This document shows, piece by piece, positions 25,226-32,000 of a stretch of 32,000 bases of DNA (position 1 is its first letter; each line of letters begins with the position of its first letter). Under the pieces are notes generated by a model. The model made no database searches and was not told the DNA's origin. It was given only the letters and a program-made list of their open reading frames with translations. This stretch comes from Methylophaga frappieri (GTDB taxonomy: Bacteria; Pseudomonadota; Gammaproteobacteria; Nitrosococcales; Methylophagaceae), in assembly GCF_000260965.1 (NCBI RefSeq), contig NC_017856.1:2520001-2552000 (forward strand), written 5' to 3'. A program made the position numbers and the translations under genes.

Positions 25226-28200
25226 ATGGCCTTTGAAATACTGACTTCAGCCGTTTATTGGGTTTTATTCGTGTTGTGGGCCGTTATTTTCGGTCTGTAT
25301 GCGCTTAATTTACGACAACACCAGCCAATGGAAATGGGATTGGCGGTGCGCGCTCTATTGCTTATTCTGGCACTGGATGCGTTCATCACCCTGTTCGAAT
25401 CTGTCTACTTTGGCAGTTACTTTACGGCGTTATATGGTTTTCTGCCGGCTTCTATTTCAGAACTGCTCGCCCAGCCTAAATTATTGCTATTGCCACAACT
25501 GATTAATATGGCTTTGGCGATAGTCATTTTGGTGTTGCTTTATCGGCATTGGTTGCCGCGGACTGCCAAAGAGCGTAACCAGCGGTTTCAGGCGATGACG
25601 GAATCTGAAACGCAGCTACGACAAGCTATTATTAATTTGCCTTTACCGGCGTTTATTTACCGTGAAGATGGCCACATTCTAGTGACTAGTCAGGCCGTTC
25701 ATGATATTACCGGCTATCCACAAGAGGCCATCAATACGATCGAAAAATGGGCCAGATTAGCGCATCGTGAGCAATCATCAGAAATGATTCAACGATTTCG
25801 TCAGCATTGGGATACCCAGACAAAAAATATCGGTGAATTTATTGTTTATACCGAGCACGGTGAAGAGCGCCTCTGGGCATTTGATATTAGCTTGATTGGT
25901 GAAGATAGAGCAGGTAACAAACTTTATACCTGGATTGCAACCGATGTGACGGCACAACGTCAGCAAACGGCTGAGCAGACCAAAATGTTGCAATTGTTGG
26001 ATGATGCCGAGCAATTAGCCAATCTGGGCAGTTGGGAATTTGATCTGGTTAAGGATCGGATTATCTGGTCAGAGGAAACCTGCCGTATTTTTGGGGTTGC
26101 TGTTGATAACTATCCAAGGAATTTCGCCGATTTTATCGATTATGTCTTGCCTGAAGACAGACATATCCTCGAGCATATGGATGTATCTGACAATAACCAG
26201 GACTACCTTCAAAAAGAATACCGCATCCGTCGCGCCTCTGATGGACAACGACGCGACTTGCTAGAGCGCGTTAAAGTTTTCCTTGATGATAAAGGCAATC
26301 GGCTGAAATATATCGGTATGGTGATGGACGTCACTGAGCGTAAATGTTTCGAATCTGTGCGTGATTTGGAGTCAGACATCCATCAGCAGCTCATGGCGGG
26401 GCAATTGCTGCCAAATATTTTGCAACGCATCACATTGGGAATAGAGGCACTTTACGAGGATGCGTTGGCTTCTATACTCATGATTGACGAAAGAGGGCAA
26501 CACTTACTGTCAGGTGCTGCACCCAGTTTGCCAGATGAATATAATCAAGCAATTCATGGTTTGAAAATTGGTCCATTGGTTGGCTCTTGTGGTACGGCAG
26601 CCTATACCAAAGAGTCGGTCATTGTTTCAGATATCCAAAATGATGAACGTTGGGCGGCTTATCGTGATGTCGCTGCAAGATATGAACTCCAAGCCTGTTG
26701 GTCTCACCCGGTATTTGATGATGATGCAAATGTGATTGCGACTTTTGCAATTTATTACCGTTATGTCCGAACTCCAACACAACAGGAAAAAGAGATCATC
26801 AATCGCATTGCCCGGCTGTTGTCTTTGACGATTATGAAAAAACGCAGTGATGCCCGACTGGCAGAGAGCGAACAACGCTTCGAGAAAATTTTTCATGATG
26901 CGGCGACTGGTGTTGCGGTGACCTCTACGTCGGGACAATTCCTGCATGCCAATAAAGCATATTGTGACATGATTGGTTATCAGGAAAGTGAGTTGATGAC
27001 ATTAGATTTCAGCACCTTGACCCATCCCGCAGACCGCAACCAGAACTGGCTGGATATTCAGCAGATGCTTGCTGGCGATCTAGATAGTACCGTGCTTGAA
27101 AAACGCTATGTCCACAAGTTGGGGGAAACGGTTTGGGCAAAACTCAGCATATCCGTCCAGCGTGACTTTAGCGGCAAGATTAAGGGGCTGGTAGCGATAA
27201 CGGAGAACATAACGGATCGAAAACGCGAAGAACAATCGCGTATTGAGGCAGAACGTTCGCTGTCCCAATTAATCGCAAATCTGCCCGGTGTCGCTTATCG
27301 TTGCTTGTATGACAGGCATTGGACCATGTTGTACCTCAGTGATGGCTTTGAAAGCTTTAGTGGCTATCCAAGAGAAGCGATTTTGCAAAACAATCAGACC
27401 AGTTTTGCATCACTGGTCGTTGCGGAGGACAGAGACAGGCTTTTTGCTGAGATTAGAGATGCTGTTTCTCTGAAGAAGCCGTATCAGGTTGAGTATCGTT
27501 TACGCCGTAAGGATAACCAGGTTATTTGGATTTGGGAGCAAGGCGCGGCGGTTTATGACAGCGCAGGTGAGGTGATTTACCTTGAGGGTTACCTCAGTGA
27601 TATTTCTGTCCAAAAATCCATTAATAGCCTAGTGCGACAAAGTGAACAGCGTTTTCAATTATTATCCAAAGCAACCAATGATGCGATTTGGGACTGGGAT
27701 CTGAAAAAAAACAGTTTATGGTGGAATGACAGTTTTGCCGAACTGGTTGGCTATACCAAATCGGAAATTGAGCCAACACTGGAGTTTTGGGCAGAATGTG
27801 TTCACCCAGAAGAAAGAGATCATGTAGTCAGCTCGTTGGATCAGGCAATTGCGGACCATAAAGCCAGTTGGCAAAACAGCTATCGAATGGTCCAAAAAGA
27901 TGGCAATGTCATTCAGGTGCTTGATCGAGGCTATGTGATTTATGATGAGCAAGGTAATGCGACGCGTATGGTTGGCGGCATTACCGATATCACCGAGCGC
28001 ATGGCGCTTGAAGAGCAGCTTCGTCAGTCGCAACGTCTGGAATCGGTGGGTCAGCTAACTGGCGGTGTGGCGCACGATTTTAACAACCTGTTGACCGTGA
28101 TAATTGGCAATGCTGATATTTTGAAAATGTCTTTTCCTGAGTCAGATAGACGCCAAAATCTGGCAGAAATGATACTGACTGCCGCGAAAAGAGGCGCTGA

Positions 28201-29149
28201 CTTAACGGGCAGTTTACTCGCCTTTGCAAGACGCCAGCCGCTGTCACCAAAAAATATTGATATCAACGCGTTACTGTTGAATATGCAAGCTCTGATGAGG
28301 CGGGCAGTCGGTGAGACGGTCGATATGCAGTTGCTGACTTCAGAAGATTTGTGGCTGGCTAATGTCGATATGGGCCAGTTGGAAAATGCCCTGTTAAATT
28401 TGGTGCTGAATGCGCGTGATGCGATGCCAGATGGCGGGCAGTTATGTATAGAAACACAAAATATCCAACTGAGCGAAAGCTATTGTCTCCAACATGACAT
28501 TGTCGCTGGTGATTATGTGATGGTGGCGGTTAGCGATTCCGGCTCTGGTATGTCACCTGAGACACTCGGCAAGGCGTTTGAACCATTTTTTACTACCAAA
28601 CATAAAGACAAAGGCACTGGGCTGGGGTTGGCGATGGTTTATGGTTTTATCAAACAAAGCCAAGGACACATTAATCTGTATTCAGAAGCGGAACAGGGGA
28701 CGACGGTTCGCATTTACCTACCCAGAGGCAATGAGAGACACAAAGCCGATCTCACAGAAGCCATTGCGCCCCCCATGCCGACAGGCAATGAGTCGGTGCT
28801 GGTGGTGGAAGATGATGCACTGGTGCGGGAGTATGTTGTCTCACAGTTGCAACTGCTGGGTTATCAGGTTTCCGTTGCTGAAAATGGTCATGCGGCCTTG
28901 GATCTCTTTAAAAATGGGTTAGTGGTGGATCTACTGTTTACAGATGTGATGATGCCGGGCGGAATGACTGGTCGAGAGCTCGCTGAACAAGCAAAGCAAA
29001 TTGTGCCTTCGTTACGTACTTTGTACACTTCGGGTTATACAGAAAACGCGATTGTTCACCATGGCCGGCTTGATGCTGGTGTGTTGTTATTATCCAAACC
29101 CTACAGTCGGGATAAGCTTGCGCAAAAAATACGCGAAGCTTTATCCTAA
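25226..29149 (+). CDS. Hybrid sensor histidine kinase: N-terminal ~4-TM module, PAS-PAS-GAF-PAS-PAS-PAS, HisKA, HATPase_c, receiver
   Basis: 1307 aa with an AGGGAG Shine-Dalgarno. Five PAS modules end in DVTAQRQ (~25945), DVTERK (~26330), NITDRKREE (~27215), DISVQKS (~27605) and DITERMALEE (~27990). The GAF domain spans ~26380-26840 (GSCGTAAY...ACWSHPV...TFAIYY). The H-box is GGVAHDFNNLL (His codon 28073-28075). The N and G boxes are LNARDAMP and DSGSGM...GTGLGLAMV. The receiver is VLVVEDD...LLFTDVMMPG (Asp codon 28943-28945)...SKP. Confidence 0.9.
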   Translation: MAFEILTSAVYWVLFVLWAVIFGLYALNLRQHQPMEMGLAVRALLLILALDAFITLFESVYFGSYFTALYGFLPASISELLAQPKLLLLPQLINMALAIVILVLLYRHWLPRTAKERNQRFQAMTESETQLRQAIINLPLPAFIYREDGHILVTSQAVHDITGYPQEAINTIEKWARLAHREQSSEMIQRFRQHWDTQTKNIGEFIVYTEHGEERLWAFDISLIGEDRAGNKLYTWIATDVTAQRQQTAEQTKMLQLLDDAEQLANLGSWEFDLVKDRIIWSEETCRIFGVAVDNYPRNFADFIDYVLPEDRHILEHMDVSDNNQDYLQKEYRIRRASDGQRRDLLERVKVFLDDKGNRLKYIGMVMDVTERKCFESVRDLESDIHQQLMAGQLLPNILQRITLGIEALYEDALASILMIDERGQHLLSGAAPSLPDEYNQAIHGLKIGPLVGSCGTAAYTKESVIVSDIQNDERWAAYRDVAARYELQACWSHPVFDDDANVIATFAIYYRYVRTPTQQEKEIINRIARLLSLTIMKKRSDARLAESEQRFEKIFHDAATGVAVTSTSGQFLHANKAYCDMIGYQESELMTLDFSTLTHPADRNQNWLDIQQMLAGDLDSTVLEKRYVHKLGETVWAKLSISVQRDFSGKIKGLVAITENITDRKREEQSRIEAERSLSQLIANLPGVAYRCLYDRHWTMLYLSDGFESFSGYPREAILQNNQTSFASLVVAEDRDRLFAEIRDAVSLKKPYQVEYRLRRKDNQVIWIWEQGAAVYDSAGEVIYLEGYLSDISVQKSINSLVRQSEQRFQLLSKATNDAIWDWDLKKNSLWWNDSFAELVGYTKSEIEPTLEFWAECVHPEERDHVVSSLDQAIADHKASWQNSYRMVQKDGNVIQVLDRGYVIYDEQGNATRMVGGITDITERMALEEQLRQSQRLESVGQLTGGVAHDFNNLLTVIIGNADILKMSFPESDRRQNLAEMILTAAKRGADLTGSLLAFARRQPLSPKNIDINALLLNMQALMRRAVGETVDMQLLTSEDLWLANVDMGQLENALLNLVLNARDAMPDGGQLCIETQNIQLSESYCLQHDIVAGDYVMVAVSDSGSGMSPETLGKAFEPFFTTKHKDKGTGLGLAMVYGFIKQSQGHINLYSEAEQGTTVRIYLPRGNERHKADLTEAIAPPMPTGNESVLVVEDDALVREYVVSQLQLLGYQVSVAENGHAALDLFKNGLVVDLLFTDVMMPGGMTGRELAEQAKQIVPSLRTLYTSGYTENAIVHHGRLDAGVLLLSKPYSRDKLAQKIREALS

Positions 29150-29257
29150 ATTGAACGACACTTTATTACGGGCTATTCCGTTGCTTGCTTGTGCTAACAT
29201 CGGCTGATATAGATGAAGCCGAGCAACAGATTGTGCAATTAAACGATATCAATTCTT

Positions 29258-30970
29258 ATGGCTAAGTTACACCGCTTTTACTTGTGGTGGCTGCTAGCCG
29301 GCTTACTGGCATGTGGACCCTTGTTGGCGGCAGAGTTATCTGTGGATCATCCATCCTCATCACTTGGTCAATTTGCCGAAATATTTTTTGAACCGGAAGA
29401 GATCATGACCTCCGCGCAGGCCAAGCATTTGTTTGCTGAACAGGCCGGTGTTGCCATTAAAGAAACGACGCCAAATTTTGGGATTGGCGCGAGACCCCAT
29501 TGGTTATCCGTGACGGTGAACAATCCTCACGAGATCATGGTGGAACGGTTTCTGTCGGTTGAGAATGCTTGGCTGGATGATCTTCAGGTGTTTGTTTTTT
29601 ATCAGGATAAGTTAGAAAGCCAGTTTTCAATGGGTGACAGTTATCCCTTCGCTACGCGACCGTATTTCAGTCGATTTTTTGATATGCCCATTCAGTTTAA
29701 GCCGGGGCAAACCACTTTATTGGTACGAGTCGCAACACCCGATCCGATGATGTTGCCGATTTATCTAAATGATGCTGCTGCCCAGGCCCAGCGTCAGGAG
29801 TTTGATCAATATAGCTACGGACTCTTGTATGGGTTTTTAGCTGCACTGATGCTCTATAACCTGATGTTATTCCTTGGATTACGCAGTCTGCCGCATCTGT
29901 TTTATACCCTATATCTTGCCGCCTGTATTCTGTGCAATATGGCTTACACCGGACATGCTTTCTGGTGGTTCTGGCCGGATATGGTTGTCTGGCAGAAATG
30001 GTCAAATCCGACTTTGATGATGAGTTACTGTGTCACGGGCTTACTGTTTGCCTTAACTTTTTTGAAAACCAGAAAAATGCTGCCGAGATTGCACTGGATG
30101 GTAAGCGGCTTTTGTGTGCTGATGGTGGTGGGCTTCGTCGGTGCTTTTTATGCTGACTGGATTCAGGTGGCATTGGTGCTGGCTTTTATTTTTATATTGC
30201 TATTTGCTTGTTTGATGATCGTGCTTGGTGTGCTGGCTATCAAAGCCGGTAATCCATCAGGCCGTTTCTTTTTGTTGGCATCGATCGTTTCCATGCTGAC
30301 GGCGGCCGTATCGTCATTGTCGGTCTGGGGCTGGATACCTTATTCGTTCTGGACCTTCCGTGCGGTTGAGGCTGGGACAATGGTCGAGGCGGTGTTATTG
30401 GCGCTGGCTCTCGCAGATCACTTTCGACGGGTCGAAAAACACAAAACCCGAGCCGAGGGCTTGGCGCGAACGGATCCGTTAACGGGTATTTACAACCGAC
30501 GCGCATTTTATGATCAGGTCAGATCGCTATGGTTAGCCGGTATGACTGAGGGAAAGCCGATGTCTTTGTTGTTGATAGATCTAGACAATTTTAAGCAAGT
30601 GAATGATAACTATGGACATCAGGTGGGCGATGAGGTTTTGGCAAAAACAGCCAAAGTCGTTGAGGCTTCGTTACGCAACGAGGATGTGCTGGCACGATGG
30701 GGTGGTGAGGAATTTATTGTTTTTATGCCGAACACGAGCTTATCTGATGCCCTTCGGGTTGCTGAACGTATTCGATTTCAGATTTCGGCACTGGCCGCAC
30801 AGTTTGATACAACGCAAAAGATGCAACTGAGTGCCAGCCTAGGGGTCGTTGATAATCGATCTGCCGCTGATTCACTTGAATCGCTTATCAAAGCCGCAGA
30901 CCAATGTTTATACCATGCAAAAAATGGTGGCCGTAATTGCGTTATCTCAGCCAGTCTTAGTGCAGTCTAA
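29258..30970 (+). CDS. Diguanylate cyclase with 7TMR-DISMED2 periplasmic domain and 7TMR-DISM 7-TM module
   Basis: 570 aa with a signal peptide. A ~170-aa periplasmic domain is followed by about 7 hydrophobic helices. The GGDEF domain has an intact GGEEF motif (30701-30715) and an RNED I-site 5 residues upstream (30674-30685). It also has DLDNFKQVNDNYGH. Confidence 0.9.
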   Translation: MAKLHRFYLWWLLAGLLACGPLLAAELSVDHPSSSLGQFAEIFFEPEEIMTSAQAKHLFAEQAGVAIKETTPNFGIGARPHWLSVTVNNPHEIMVERFLSVENAWLDDLQVFVFYQDKLESQFSMGDSYPFATRPYFSRFFDMPIQFKPGQTTLLVRVATPDPMMLPIYLNDAAAQAQRQEFDQYSYGLLYGFLAALMLYNLMLFLGLRSLPHLFYTLYLAACILCNMAYTGHAFWWFWPDMVVWQKWSNPTLMMSYCVTGLLFALTFLKTRKMLPRLHWMVSGFCVLMVVGFVGAFYADWIQVALVLAFIFILLFACLMIVLGVLAIKAGNPSGRFFLLASIVSMLTAAVSSLSVWGWIPYSFWTFRAVEAGTMVEAVLLALALADHFRRVEKHKTRAEGLARTDPLTGIYNRRAFYDQVRSLWLAGMTEGKPMSLLLIDLDNFKQVNDNYGHQVGDEVLAKTAKVVEASLRNEDVLARWGGEEFIVFMPNTSLSDALRVAERIRFQISALAAQFDTTQKMQLSASLGVVDNRSAADSLESLIKAADQCLYHAKNGGRNCVISASLSAV

Positions 30971-31004
30971 ATCGGTTAATCAATGCGCTTTTGTTAATAT
31001 TCGC

Positions 31005-32000
31005 TCAATATTTATTATAAAGGCTTTCATAAAACGATTTTTCAAAGACCCGAATAGGCTTACGGGCGATATTCCGATTTTGGCTTTGAGGATGATAGTT
31101 ACTGATGATCTGAACAAAGGTGAGCGATTTACCGGACTTGGTTTTAATACGTCCAGCCAGATTGTAGACGCCGTGAAGCGACCCGGTTTTGGCCGTGACC
31201 TTGCCTTTTAACGGTGCATTGACGAGACTGGGACGCCATTGCAGTGTCCCGGAGACGCCGGATACCGGTAAGGTGTCGATCATGCCGGCTTCTGGATGTT
31301 GAAAAATATAATTAACGACGCGCATCATTTGTCGCGGCGTCATCTTGTTATTTCTGGATAAACCAGAACCATCCATAATCTCTGCTGTACCGATATCGAC
31401 GTTATGTTCGTTAAGAATAGCTTTGATAGCAGCGGCACCGTTTTCAAAACTGCCTGCCGTACTGAAATAACGTGCACCAATGGTTTTCAGCAGATTATCG
31501 GCAATAAGGTTGTCCGATTTTTTCACCATTTCGTCAATCAGCTTGGCCAGTGGCGCAGACTGGTGGCGGAGGATAATGTCACCCCGCAGTTGATCATTTC
31601 GGATCAGTTTACCATGCAGGGTAATGCCGACCCGGGCTAATTCTTCTCGCAAAATCGCGGTCATGACTTTTTCCGGATTTTGAACGGATAGATGGAAATT
31701 GACGGGTAAACGATGCACGCCGACACAGCCGCCAACTTGATAATGGTTGTTGTTATCGGCAGTTAATTTCAGTTCGCAGTCGATATTATCGGTATTGAGA
31801 CCTTCCCGTAGGTGAATACGGTTTGTGTCAATTGTGACGCGATCAGAGGCACTGACTTTTACCGCGGTTACTGGTGCTTCGCTGGTTGCCTCAAGTTTGC
31901 CGTAAACGCAGTTGCCATTCAGAGTAAAAGCGCTGGACGGGGCACTATAGCAGATGCCCATAATATCCCAAGGCAAACCAATAGCGCGTTCGAATGGTTC
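31005..32000 (-). CDS. dacB: D-alanyl-D-alanine carboxypeptidase/endopeptidase (PBP4, peptidase S13); N-terminal part lies beyond the window
   Basis: It has the SxN motif (KKSDNLIADNLL) and the KTG motif (VTAKTGSLHGVYNLAG). The frame stays open upstream of the track ATG to nt 32000 (...EPFERAIGLPWDIMGICYSAP), so the gene is cut by the window edge. Confidence 0.88.
   Translation of the reverse strand, partial: EPFERAIGLPWDIMGICYSAPSSAFTLNGNCVYGKLEATSEAPVTAVKVSASDRVTIDTNRIHLREGLNTDNIDCELKLTADNNNHYQVGGCVGVHRLPVNFHLSVQNPEKVMTAILREELARVGITLHGKLIRNDQLRGDIILRHQSAPLAKLIDEMVKKSDNLIADNLLKTIGARYFSTAGSFENGAAAIKAILNEHNVDIGTAEIMDGSGLSRNNKMTPRQMMRVVNYIFQHPEAGMIDTLPVSGVSGTLQWRPSLVNAPLKGKVTAKTGSLHGVYNLAGRIKTKSGKSLTFVQIISNYHPQSQNRNIARKPIRVFEKSFYESLYNKY

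Noticed and set aside
25299-28922. Short ORFs in other frames or strands across the histidine kinase gene
   Set aside because: All lie inside one continuous 1307-aa frame with an ordered PAS/GAF/HisKA/HATPase/REC domain series.
1-32000. Scan for CRISPR arrays, tRNA/rRNA genes, IS elements, integrases, prophage or toxin-antitoxin pairs, and defence-island style gene clusters
   Set aside because: By eye I saw no regularly spaced direct repeats, cloverleaf-like segments, terminal inverted repeats, transposase or integrase motifs, or runs of unassignable genes. The only IS-like signal is the stand-alone HTH at 6855-7214, which lacks a catalytic domain.

Overview
On motif-level reading, with no database searches run, this 32-kb window looks like ordinary core chromosome of a Gram-negative, probably gammaproteobacterial, genome with mid-40s % GC by eye. 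It is densely coded on both strands. I found no rRNA or tRNA genes, CRISPR arrays, transposases, integrases or phage genes. Left to right the genes are: a fadL plus acyl-CoA synthetase pair (-), trmB (-), edd-eda (+), a CspA-family gene (-), a small HTH protein with a polylysine tail (-), a cupin_3 gene (-), NAD-malic enzyme (-), a small secreted protein (+), a four-gene Opp/Dpp/Yej-type ABC importer (+), tesA (-) divergent from ybbA-ybbP (+), a DUF2789 gene, mtgA, a glycine-zipper lipoprotein, a decayed iron-uptake locus followed by an intact DUF3649/PepSY_TM/DUF3325 trio (+), a 1307-aa multi-PAS/GAF hybrid histidine kinase (+), a 7TMR-DISM GGDEF cyclase (+) and the 3' part of dacB (-). I see no convincing multi-gene system of unknown function: there is no cluster of uncharacterised nucleases, helicases, ATPases or reverse transcriptases. 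Four things deserve a second look. (1) A deletion scar joins the first 38 codons of a FecI-type ECF sigma factor, behind a Fur-like box, to the frameshifted last ~120 codons of a TonB-dependent receptor. (2) The downstream PepSY module appears orphaned by that deletion. (3) The ABC importer has a membrane-anchored binding protein with a coiled-coil-like stalk, and both permeases carry extra transmembrane insertions. (4) An IS630-type HTH is fused to a polylysine tail encoded by slippage-prone A-runs. All family names come from recognised motifs and need HMM/BLAST confirmation.
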